64,000 bases of DNA from Solirubrobacterales bacterium (GTDB lineage: Bacteria; Actinomycetota; Thermoleophilia; Solirubrobacterales; 70-9). The position numbers were made by a program, and so were the translations under genes. The stretch covers positions 26,093-90,092 of the forward strand of contig DASUPK010000050.1 in assembly GCA_036276255.1 (NCBI GenBank), written 5' to 3'. Below are positions 27,327 through 35,341 of the stretch, piece after piece. Under the pieces are notes generated by a model, which did not search any database, was not told the DNA's origin, and saw only the letters and a program-made list of their open reading frames with translations. How positions within the stretch are numbered: position 1 is the stretch's first letter; each line of letters begins with the position of its first letter.

Positions 27327-27810
27327 AGGCGGTTCCCTCGGCCTCGCCCTGGAGGCCCGAGAGGATCGGGGTGGCCCGCTCCACGTTCTGGACGACCTCC
27401 TCCGGTTGCGCCACGCCGGCGAAGACGAAGTTCGATTCATCGGTCCCGGCAGTGGTGAACTCGACGTCGCCGATCTGCATGATCCGCTCGTAGACGCCCT
27501 GCCCGAAGTTGACGTTCTGGACCCGCTGCAGCCGCGTCTCCTGGACCTTCCGGGAGATGATCCCCACCTTGATGTTGAGCCGGCGGTCGGTGATCGTATA
27601 GACGGTCGCGACGCGCTTGACGAAGCCGACGACGATGGTCACCGCGAGGACGATCAGGAAGGTGACGACGCCGAGGCTGACGCTCTTGATCAACGCGGCA
27701 ATGACGCCGGCGGCGGCGCCCACAAGGGCTCCCTTCAGATAGAAGCCGAGAATCGCCCGCCAGGAGGGATGCCCCTGGTAGATCACCTTCTCCCCGGACT
27801 GCAGATCCAC
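27325..27810 (-). CDS. bacterial PH domain (bPH_2/YdbS-like) membrane protein
   Basis: GTG 27810 within ORF 27325..28095. Two TM helices followed by YTITDRRLNIKVGIISRKVQETRLQRVQNV...IGDVEF, typical of DUF304/bPH_2. Confidence 0.7.
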   Translation of the reverse strand: MDLQSGEKVIYQGHPSWRAILGFYLKGALVGAAAGVIAALIKSVSLGVVTFLIVLAVTIVVGFVKRVATVYTITDRRLNIKVGIISRKVQETRLQRVQNVNFGQGVYERIMQIGDVEFTTAGTDESNFVFAGVAQPEEVVQNVERATPILSGLQGEAEGTA

Positions 27811-27887
27811 GGGCCGGAGCCTACCTGCGCCGCGCTCGGTGACCTTCCAGTGCGGCCCGTCCGTGCCCCTGCCTAGGGTGAATCTCC

Positions 27888-30080
27888 ATGGCGATCGCCA
27901 AGGTTGAGCCGCTGCTGACGACCCGGAGCGTTTCCGGGCCCTTCGACTACCGGCTGCCCGACTCCATGGAGGAGGTTGACGTCGGGTCGGTGCTCGTGGT
28001 CCCGTTCGGCAGGCGCCGCGTCGTCGGCGTGGTCGTAGGCATGGCCGAGCGCAGCGACCTCCCCGACGGGCGCCTCGCCGAGCCGCTTGAGGCACTCGAG
28101 GCCGGTGTGCCGCCTGAGCTGGTCGAGTTGGGACGCTGGGTGGGAGAGGAGTACTGCTCGACGACCGGCCGGGGGCTGGGACTCGTTCTGCCGCCGGGGG
28201 TCGGGACGGGCGCGGAGGCTCGTCGCGTCAAGCCGTTGGTCGAGCTGGAGGTCGAGGCGACGCCCGAGGGCATCGCAGCGGCCGACGGCGGCGAGCGGCT
28301 CGGCCTGCGGCAGAAGGCGGTGCTGCGTGCCCTGATCGGCGGTCCCCAGACGGCGCAACGGCTGGCGTCGGCGGCCGGATCGGATCGCGCAACTCTGCGG
28401 CGGCTGGAGTCGCGCGGCCTGGTCAGGACACGTGAGGTGGAGCGCCGGCGCCTGCACTCCTCCCCCGGAGTGGGGGCGGTCACCGAAGGCGTGGAGCTGA
28501 CCGACGACCAGCGGGCCGTGCTCGAGCGCGTCGTGGGCTCGCTTCCGGGCGGCGAAGGTGGTGGTGGCCGCGGCGGCTCGTTCCTGCTCCACGGGGTCAC
28601 GGGCTCGGGCAAGACCGAGGTCTATCTGGAGGCCGCTCGGGAGACGCTGGCGCGGGGAAGGGGGGCGATCGTGCTGGTGCCGGAGATCGCGCTGACCCCG
28701 CAGACGATGGACCGCTTCCGGCGTCGGTTCGGGGATTCGGTTGCCCTGCTTCACTCGAAGATGCCCGCCGGGGCGCGCTACGACGAGTGGCGGCGAGTGC
28801 GTTCGGGCGAGGCGCGCATCTGCGTCGGGCCGCGCTCGGCCGTGTTCGCCCCGATGCCCGACCCGGGCCTGATCGTGATCGACGAGGAGCACGACTCCTC
28901 CTACAAGCAGGAGAGCGATCCCCGTTACGACGCTCGCGAGGTAGCCCGCCGCCGGGCTTCCGAGGCGGGGGCTGTCCTGCTCTGCGGGACGGCCACGCCG
29001 AGGCCCGAGAGCTGGCATGAGCTCGAGCGCATCGAGCTGCCCAGCCGCGTCGACGGGCGGCCGCTGCCGCCCGTGGAGATCGTCGACATGCGCGGCGGGG
29101 TGCCGGGCCCGCTCCATCCCCGGACGCGCGAGGCCTTCGGGCAGGTGGCGCGCGAGGGCGGCAAGGCGATCCTGTTGATCAACCGCCGGGGCTGGTCGAC
29201 CCATCTGACCTGTCGCTCCTGTGGCCACGCCTGGGAGTGCCCGAACTGCGACGTCTCGCTGATCCTGCACCGCGACAACGCGCTGCGCTGCCATCACTGC
29301 GGCCACGCCGAGCCGATGCCCGAGGCGTGCCCGGAGTGTTCGTCGGTGACCATCGCGCGGGTCGGCTCGGGCACGCAGCGCGTCGAGGCTGAGCTCAACG
29401 AGCTGCTCGCGCCCCTCGAGGTCTTCCGGCTCGACTCCGACAGTGCCGCCGGATCTGGGCATGTGGAGGTGCTGAGACGGTTCGAGGCGGCCGACTCGGG
29501 CGTGCTGGTGGGCACCCAGATGGTCGCGAAGGGACACGATTTCCCCGACGTGACGCTGAGCGTGATCCTCGACGCGGATGGCGCTCTGCGCCTGCCGGAC
29601 TTCCGCTCCGAGGAGCGGACCTTCGCCCTGATCACCCAGCTCGCCGGCCGCAGCGGGCGGGGCGACGCTGGGGGGCGCGTCCTGGTCCAGGCCCTGGCCA
29701 CCGGCGCTCCGAGCATCCGCCACGCCACCAGGCACGATGCCTCGGCGTTCCTCGCGGAGGAGATCGAGCGGCGGCGCGCCCTTCGCTACCCGCCCTTCTC
29801 GCATCTGATCGCAATCGGGCTCGCGAGCCGGGACGAGGACCGGGTCGAGATCTCGGCAGGGAAGGTCGGCGAGCTCGTCGCCGATCGCCTCGGAGCAGAC
29901 GACGACCTGCTCGGCCCGGCGCCGCTCTTCCGTCTCCGCGGGAAGCACCGGCGCCGCCTGCTGATCAAGTCCGGGAACCGCCACCGGGCCGTGGGGGCGG
30001 TCCGCGATGCGGTCCGCACCGCCGTCGCCGACCGCGCCCTGCGCGAGGTCGCGATCTCGGTGGACGTGGATCCCCAGTAG
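27888..30080 (+). CDS. priA: primosomal protein N' (replication restart helicase PriA)
   Basis: 730 aa. Walker A GVTGSGKT and DEEH box. Cys-rich zinc-binding insert CRSCG..CPNCD..CHHCG..CPEC. Confidence 0.93.
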   Translation: MAIAKVEPLLTTRSVSGPFDYRLPDSMEEVDVGSVLVVPFGRRRVVGVVVGMAERSDLPDGRLAEPLEALEAGVPPELVELGRWVGEEYCSTTGRGLGLVLPPGVGTGAEARRVKPLVELEVEATPEGIAAADGGERLGLRQKAVLRALIGGPQTAQRLASAAGSDRATLRRLESRGLVRTREVERRRLHSSPGVGAVTEGVELTDDQRAVLERVVGSLPGGEGGGGRGGSFLLHGVTGSGKTEVYLEAARETLARGRGAIVLVPEIALTPQTMDRFRRRFGDSVALLHSKMPAGARYDEWRRVRSGEARICVGPRSAVFAPMPDPGLIVIDEEHDSSYKQESDPRYDAREVARRRASEAGAVLLCGTATPRPESWHELERIELPSRVDGRPLPPVEIVDMRGGVPGPLHPRTREAFGQVAREGGKAILLINRRGWSTHLTCRSCGHAWECPNCDVSLILHRDNALRCHHCGHAEPMPEACPECSSVTIARVGSGTQRVEAELNELLAPLEVFRLDSDSAAGSGHVEVLRRFEAADSGVLVGTQMVAKGHDFPDVTLSVILDADGALRLPDFRSEERTFALITQLAGRSGRGDAGGRVLVQALATGAPSIRHATRHDASAFLAEEIERRRALRYPPFSHLIAIGLASRDEDRVEISAGKVGELVADRLGADDDLLGPAPLFRLRGKHRRRLLIKSGNRHRAVGAVRDAVRTAVADRALREVAISVDVDPQ

Positions 30081-30100
30081 GCGCGACTAGACTCGAAAGC

Positions 30101-30760
30101 GTGGCTGAGGAACACACGAACACCCCCGTCGAAGAGCGCGACGACGAGCTCGCCGAAGAGGCGAGGGAGCCCGAGGGCGTCGACCAGGAGGCGCTCGAGC
30201 GCCGTTCCGCGGCGCTCTCGCTGGTCGTCAAGTACGGCGACCCGGTGCTCCGCTCGGCCGCGTCGCCCGTGACTGAGTTCGACGACGAGCTCGCCGCTCA
30301 GTCGGTGCGAATGATCGGCCTCATGCGCGACGCGATCGGCGTCGGCCTGGCGGCCACGCAGCTCGGCGTGCTCCGGCGCATGCTCGTCTTCCAGGTCGGC
30401 TCGGAGGCCGAGCCGACGGTGCTCGTCAACCCCGAGATCGAGTGGCTCTCCGAGGACGAGGCGACGGCCGAGGAGGGCTGCCTCAGCCTCCCCGGCGTGA
30501 TCGTCGACGTGGATCGCCCGCTCCATGTCAGGGCGCGCGGAGTGGACGTCCACGGCGACCCGATCTGGGTCGAGGCATCGGGCCTGGAGGCGCGCGTGAT
30601 CCAGCACGAGGTCGACCACCTCGACGGAGTGCTGATGATCGACCGCACCGAGCGTGACCAGCGCAAGGGCGCGCTCAAGGCCCTCCGCGAAGGGGGCACC
30701 TACGCCCCCGAGAGTGAGGACGACGGGGGAGATGCCGACGAAGCGTCCACCGAGGAGTGA
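30101..30760 (+). CDS. def: peptide deformylase (with acidic N- and C-terminal extensions)
   Basis: 219 aa. GVGLAATQ, EGCLSLPG and QHEVDHLDG motifs. About 35 extra acidic residues at the N-terminus and about 20 at the C-terminus. Confidence 0.92.
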   Translation: MAEEHTNTPVEERDDELAEEAREPEGVDQEALERRSAALSLVVKYGDPVLRSAASPVTEFDDELAAQSVRMIGLMRDAIGVGLAATQLGVLRRMLVFQVGSEAEPTVLVNPEIEWLSEDEATAEEGCLSLPGVIVDVDRPLHVRARGVDVHGDPIWVEASGLEARVIQHEVDHLDGVLMIDRTERDQRKGALKALREGGTYAPESEDDGGDADEASTEE

Positions 30761-31671
30761 GGACCGCCTACCTCGGCACCAGTGAGTTCGCGGCGAAGGT
30801 GCTCCGGCGCCTCGCCGACAGCCCGCACCGCCCGGCGCTCGTGGTCACCCGGTCGGACAGCAGGCGGGGACGAGGGCGCAGGCTCGCCCCACCGCCGGCC
30901 GCCGAGGCCGCCCGCGCACTTGGGCTGGCGATCCACCAGACGGCCGACGTCAATTCGCCCGAGTCGCTCGACGCGATCCGCGCCGCACGACCGGAGGCGG
31001 TCGCGGTCTGCGCCTTCGGCCAGCTGATCAAGGAGCCGCTGCTCAGCGAGTTCCCGATGTTCAACGTGCATCCGTCGCTGGTTCCGCGTTGGCGCGGCGC
31101 CGCCCCGATCGAGCGCACGCTGATGGCGGGGGACCAGATCACCGGAGTGACGATCATGCGGGTCACCGAGGGCCTCGACTCCGGTCCGTTGGCGCTCGCC
31201 GAGGAGATCGCCGTCTCACCCGAGGACGACTACGCCTCCCTCTCGGCGAGGCTGGCCGAGGTCGGGGGAGAGCTGCTGGTCAGGGCGCTCGATGCGCTCT
31301 CGGCGGGAGAGCTCGCCTTCACCGATCAGGACGACGCGCAGGCCACCTACGCGGAAAAGGTCACGGGCGCGGAGCGCCACCTGTCTCCCTCGCGGACCGC
31401 GGCGGAGCTGGAGCGGATCGTCCGCGCGCTGACTCCTCACATCGGAGCCTTCCTCGAGCTGGAGGACGGCGAGCGGCTCGGGGTCCGGCGTGCCCGTGAG
31501 GTGGACGACGGCCCGTCCTCGGGCACGATCGAGCCCCGCGACGGGGGCCTGGTGGTCGGCTCCTCGGGCGGCGGCGGTCTCAGCCTCGAGGTCGTGCAGC
31601 CGCCCGGAAAGAAGCCGATGAACGTGGCCGATTTCCTGCGCGGTCACGAGCTGCCGCGTAGGGCGGTCTGA
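30757..31671 (+). CDS. fmt: methionyl-tRNA formyltransferase
   Basis: 304 aa. NVHPSLVPRWRGAAPI motif. Overlaps the def stop. Confidence 0.93.
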   Translation: MRTAYLGTSEFAAKVLRRLADSPHRPALVVTRSDSRRGRGRRLAPPPAAEAARALGLAIHQTADVNSPESLDAIRAARPEAVAVCAFGQLIKEPLLSEFPMFNVHPSLVPRWRGAAPIERTLMAGDQITGVTIMRVTEGLDSGPLALAEEIAVSPEDDYASLSARLAEVGGELLVRALDALSAGELAFTDQDDAQATYAEKVTGAERHLSPSRTAAELERIVRALTPHIGAFLELEDGERLGVRRAREVDDGPSSGTIEPRDGGLVVGSSGGGGLSLEVVQPPGKKPMNVADFLRGHELPRRAV

Positions 31672-31690
31672 CGCTCGATACCCTCGTCAC

Positions 31691-31966
31691 ATGGCTGAAC
31701 GAGTCGACAGCGGCGTGGGAGAGACCGCCGACTCCGCCGACGCCGCGGAAAGCTCCCTCCAGCGCCCGAACTGCCCGGGGTGCGGGGAACCCTGGCTGAG
31801 GCCCGCCCAGCTGCCGGGCCGCTTCGTCTGCGTCTACTGCCTGAAGCGCTTCGAGCTCGTCTCGCAGTGCCCGAACTGCGGCGAGCACGGGACGATCAGC
31901 CGTCTCACCCGGACCGAGGACATGAAGTGCCAGGCCTGCGGGCACTCGATGCTTCGCTCGATCTGA
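31691..31966 (+). CDS. small double zinc-ribbon protein (four CxxC pairs), hypothetical
   Basis: 91 aa. CPGC...CVYC...CPNC...CQAC. High GC3. Its stop lies immediately before the rpe TTG start. Confidence 0.55.
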   Translation: MAERVDSGVGETADSADAAESSLQRPNCPGCGEPWLRPAQLPGRFVCVYCLKRFELVSQCPNCGEHGTISRLTRTEDMKCQACGHSMLRSI

Positions 31967-31968
31967 CC

Positions 31969-32676
31969 TTGGAAGCCGCCACCGATACCGCCTCGACCGG
32001 CCCGCGCGACCTCTTCTCGTCGAAGCGCGTCGCGCCCTCGATCCTCTCGTCCAATTTCTCGCGGCTTGGCTCCCAGGTCGAGGAGGTGATGGCGGCCGGT
32101 GCGCGCGTCATCCACGTCGACGTGATGGATGGTCACTTCGTCCCGCCGATCACCATCGGCCCCCTGGTGGCCGGCTCGATCGCCGACCTCGTCCACGACG
32201 CCGGCGGAGCGATCGACGTCCACCTGATGATCGAGAGTCCTGACCGCCACATCGAGGAGTTCGCCAAGGCGGGCGCGGACAACATCACCTTTCACGCCGA
32301 GGCGACCCCGCACGTCAACCGCACCCTGAACGCGATCCGCGAGCTCGGCTGCCTGGCGGGCCTCGCGATCAACCCGGGCACACCGGTCACCGCGGTCAGC
32401 GAGTCCGTGAACGACGCCGACGTCTTCCTCTGCATGACCGTCAACCCGGGTTGGGGCGGCCAGCCCTTCATCGCCGACTCGCCCGACAAGGTCGGGCGGC
32501 TGAGCGCCGTGGTGGGGGCCGGGACGATCGAGGTCGACGGCGGGATCGACCCGGGCACTGCGGGCGGCGTGGCGGCTGCGGGGGCGAGCCTGTTCGTTGC
32601 CGGCTCGGCCGTCTTCGGAGCCGATGACCCGGCCGCGGCGTACACCGCGATAGCGGAGGCCGCGGGCGCTGCTTAG
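31969..32676 (+). CDS. rpe: ribulose-phosphate 3-epimerase
   Basis: In-frame TTG 31969 within ORF 31780..32676. APSILSSNF, HVDVMDGHFVP, MTVNPGWGGQ. Confidence 0.9.
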   Translation: MEAATDTASTGPRDLFSSKRVAPSILSSNFSRLGSQVEEVMAAGARVIHVDVMDGHFVPPITIGPLVAGSIADLVHDAGGAIDVHLMIESPDRHIEEFAKAGADNITFHAEATPHVNRTLNAIRELGCLAGLAINPGTPVTAVSESVNDADVFLCMTVNPGWGGQPFIADSPDKVGRLSAVVGAGTIEVDGGIDPGTAGGVAAAGASLFVAGSAVFGADDPAAAYTAIAEAAGAA

Positions 32677-33706
32677 TCGCGAGCGAGGCGAGCTCGAGCC
32701 CTTCCTGCGGCGGCTCGCCGCGCTCATCGGCTTGATCGTGGCGGTCCTCCTAGCGGGGAGCGTCGCGTACTCGTTGTCCCAGAACGTCTCCGTTTGGCAT
32801 GGCTTCCTCTTCTCCCTGGACACGGTGGCCACGGTCGGGTCCGCTCCGGAGCCGACTGACCTGCCCGGGCAACTCACCAAGGTCCTGCTGATCGTCCTGG
32901 GCGTGGGTACGCTCTTCTACGCCCTGGTGACGGTGACCGAGTTCTTCGTCGCCGGGCACCTGGGAGAGATTCTCGAGGAGCGCCGAACCCTGAAGAAGAT
33001 CGAAGACCTCAACGGCCACCACCTGATCTGCGGCTTCGGCCGGGTTGGGCGCCAGGTCGCGCGCGATCTTCAGACGGGCGGCGATCGCTTCGTGATCATC
33101 GACAGCCTCGACGAGAACCAGCACATCGCCGAGCAGATGGGTGCGCCCTTCCTGCAGGGCCGCCCCTCCGAGGACGAGATGCTGAAGGCGGCCGGCATCG
33201 AGCGCGCGATCTCCGTCCTCGCCTGCGTCGACTCCGATGCCGAGAACATCTTCACCTGCCTGACCGCACGCGAACTTCGATCAGACATCACGATCGTCGC
33301 GCGTGCGAGCGTCGAAGACTCGGAGAAGAAGCTCCTCCGCGCGGGAGCCGACCGGGTGATCTCCCCCTACAAGTCGAGCGGCGCGGAGATGGCCCGGCTG
33401 GCGCTCCAGCCGCAGGTCACCGGGGTTGTCGACGTCGCCCCCGAGTACCGGATGGAAGAGATCGACGTCAGCGAGGGCTGCCAGGCCGAGGGGATGACGG
33501 TCGGTCAGGTGCGCGGGACCACCTCGATCGCGGCGCTCCGCAACACCGACGGCAAGGTCCATCCCCAGCCGTCGTCGGACGCGGTGCTGCGCGCCGGCGA
33601 CGTCCTGGTCGCGATGGGAACCGTGGAGGCCCTGCGCAAGCTGGAGGCGATGTTCGTCCGGGGAACGGCGCGGAAGTCCGGGTCGGTGCTCGGGGACGTC
33701 GGCTAG
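32669..33706 (+). CDS. two-TM pore ion channel with RCK (TrkA-N/TrkA-C) domains, non-canonical selectivity filter
   Basis: ORF track 32732..33706. Pore region FSLDTVATVGSAP, Rossmann motif ICGFGRVGRQV, TrkA-C region. TM1 and the basic N-terminus (FLRRLAALIG) continue in frame upstream of TTG 32732. The proposed start is CTG 32669, 9 nt after GGAGG. The canonical alternative is 32732. Confidence 0.8.
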   Translation: MLSRERGELEPFLRRLAALIGLIVAVLLAGSVAYSLSQNVSVWHGFLFSLDTVATVGSAPEPTDLPGQLTKVLLIVLGVGTLFYALVTVTEFFVAGHLGEILEERRTLKKIEDLNGHHLICGFGRVGRQVARDLQTGGDRFVIIDSLDENQHIAEQMGAPFLQGRPSEDEMLKAAGIERAISVLACVDSDAENIFTCLTARELRSDITIVARASVEDSEKKLLRAGADRVISPYKSSGAEMARLALQPQVTGVVDVAPEYRMEEIDVSEGCQAEGMTVGQVRGTTSIAALRNTDGKVHPQPSSDAVLRAGDVLVAMGTVEALRKLEAMFVRGTARKSGSVLGDVG

Positions 33707-33779
33707 ACGGCTTCGCCATCAGATCGCGGCTACAAGCGGCCGCCCCCACATAAGTCGCTGCGGGCCTAGTGGCCGCTAG
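33703..33779 (-). repeat. interspersed structured repeat, copy A (short middle)
   Basis: Minus strand reads CTAGCGGCCACTAGGCCCGCAGCGACTTATGTGGGGGCGGCCGCTTGTAGCCGCGATCTGATGGCGAAGCCGTCTAG. It fills the whole gap between the stop codons of two convergent genes. Confidence 0.75.
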
Positions 33780-35215
33780 CCGGCCTCGTCGGCCGAGGCC
33801 AGCTGCAGCTCGATCTCCTCGGTCGACCCGGGTTCGACCCGGTGCTCCAGCGGGGTCAGGGGCTGGCGGTAGAGCCAGTAGAGGACCGAGCAGAGCAGCG
33901 CCGCGGCGCCGAGGTAGCCGATGACGACACGGGTGACGTCATTGGAGACGATCGGAACCACGATCCAGACTATGAAGGCGGTCGCGCACCCGATCCAGCA
34001 GAACGACGCGCGACGCACCTGGCCGCGCGCTAGCGCTGCCTGGTTGAGCGTCGCGGCGGACAGGTAGAGCCCCATGCCGATCGCCACGACGACCAGGTCG
34101 CCCCGGTTGTAGTCGTGCTTCTTGCCGAAGGCGATCTGCATCAGCTCTGGTCCCGCGACCAGCATGGCGAGCGTGACCAGCCCGGCAAAGCCGGCGATCG
34201 CCAGCAGGGTCACGCGGATGGAGGCGCGGAAGTCCTTCTCCTCGCCGCGCGAGCCCAGGGTCGTGAGGTGGGGGAGGAGGCTGGTCTGCACCGCTTGGAA
34301 GAGCTGCAGGGGCGCCCTGGCGATCATCAGCACGTTGAAGATGTACCCCGCTGCGGCCGCGCCCGCGGTCGCCTTGGTGCTCAGGATCCCGGCGTTCATC
34401 AGGGTCTGCTCGCTGAGCATGATCAGGAACACCCCTCCCGCGAACCGGCCGCCTCGAGCCAGGGTGAATTCGTCCGCCGGTGCCGCCGGGGCGGCCGCCG
34501 GCGAGGCCTCCTCAGGCCGGCCTTCGCCGGGAGTTCCTTCGGAGGCCTCCCCGCCGTCCGCCCCTGCGGGGGCGGCGGAACCGAATCGCCGGAAGAAGGC
34601 GAACGGGACGACGATCAGGGAGAGCGTGGGGGCTGCGACGATGCCGAGGGCGACGACGGTTTGGCCTGATGCCAATCCGAGGGCCACGGCGAACGGGAAG
34701 GCCGTCCGCGCGATGGATTCGCTGATGATCTGCAGCGCATAGATGGTCAGGCGATGGCTGCCCGCGAGAAATCCGCGGGCGAAGTAGCTCGCCCCGTAGG
34801 CCGTGACCGCCGCCACGCCGATCCAATACAGCGTCGCGTTGCCGTCCAGCAGGTTGTCCTGGATCGGCGTGCGGAGGGCGAGCGCGACGACGTCGAAGGC
34901 GATCGCAACCGACAGCTGGATCGTGGCCGCGACCCGAACGGTGTGCGTGATCGGCACGTCGTGAGCGAGGTTCTCGGAGATCGTCCGCGAGAGGAGCTGC
35001 TCCACTGGCCGCTGCAGGACCGAGACGACGATGAAGACCGCCGACCAGAGCACGGCGATCTGCCCGTACTGGTCCTTCGACAGCTCGTGCGAGGCGATCG
35101 CGAAGTAGAGGTAGGTGATCAGCCCCGTCAGGCCGACACCGATCGACAGCAGGCTGGCGCGGCGCCCGTAGCTGCGCGCCTCGTCCGTCGCCTGCACCCG
35201 TCCCACTCTCGGCAT
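33776..35215 (-). CDS. polysaccharide/oligosaccharide flippase-like polytopic membrane protein (Wzx/MOP superfamily)
   Basis: ATG 35215 within ORF 33776..35305. About 12-14 TM helices and a Pro/Ala/Gly/Glu-rich central loop. Family assignment is by overall architecture only. The part upstream of 35215 has low GC3 and looks non-coding. Confidence 0.7.
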   Translation of the reverse strand: MPRVGRVQATDEARSYGRRASLLSIGVGLTGLITYLYFAIASHELSKDQYGQIAVLWSAVFIVVSVLQRPVEQLLSRTISENLAHDVPITHTVRVAATIQLSVAIAFDVVALALRTPIQDNLLDGNATLYWIGVAAVTAYGASYFARGFLAGSHRLTIYALQIISESIARTAFPFAVALGLASGQTVVALGIVAAPTLSLIVVPFAFFRRFGSAAPAGADGGEASEGTPGEGRPEEASPAAAPAAPADEFTLARGGRFAGGVFLIMLSEQTLMNAGILSTKATAGAAAAGYIFNVLMIARAPLQLFQAVQTSLLPHLTTLGSRGEEKDFRASIRVTLLAIAGFAGLVTLAMLVAGPELMQIAFGKKHDYNRGDLVVVAIGMGLYLSAATLNQAALARGQVRRASFCWIGCATAFIVWIVVPIVSNDVTRVVIGYLGAAALLCSVLYWLYRQPLTPLEHRVEPGSTEEIELQLASADEAG

Positions 35216-35278
35216 GACGCGGAACACTACGGGCAAGCCTCGATTGCGAATTTGATGTCCCTTAACCGAGGCTGGGCG

Positions 35279-35284
35279 TACAAT
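35279..35284 (+). promoter_or_regulatory. -10-like box TACAAT in low-GC spacer upstream of ribD
   Basis: TACAAT at 35279-35284 in the divergent flippase/ribD spacer. No convincing -35 at 16-18 nt. Confidence 0.25.
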
Positions 35285-35341
35285 CCTGGCTGACTGACCA
35301 GTCAATCAATCGAGCTCGGCCCAACCACCAAGGAGGCGAGC

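Noticed and set aside
35216-35329. An FMN (RFN) riboswitch expected upstream of the riboflavin operon.
   Set aside because: The ~115-nt spacer lacks the conserved RFN core elements I remember (…GGUGAAAUUCC…, …CCGACAGU…). It is also too short for the six-helix junction.
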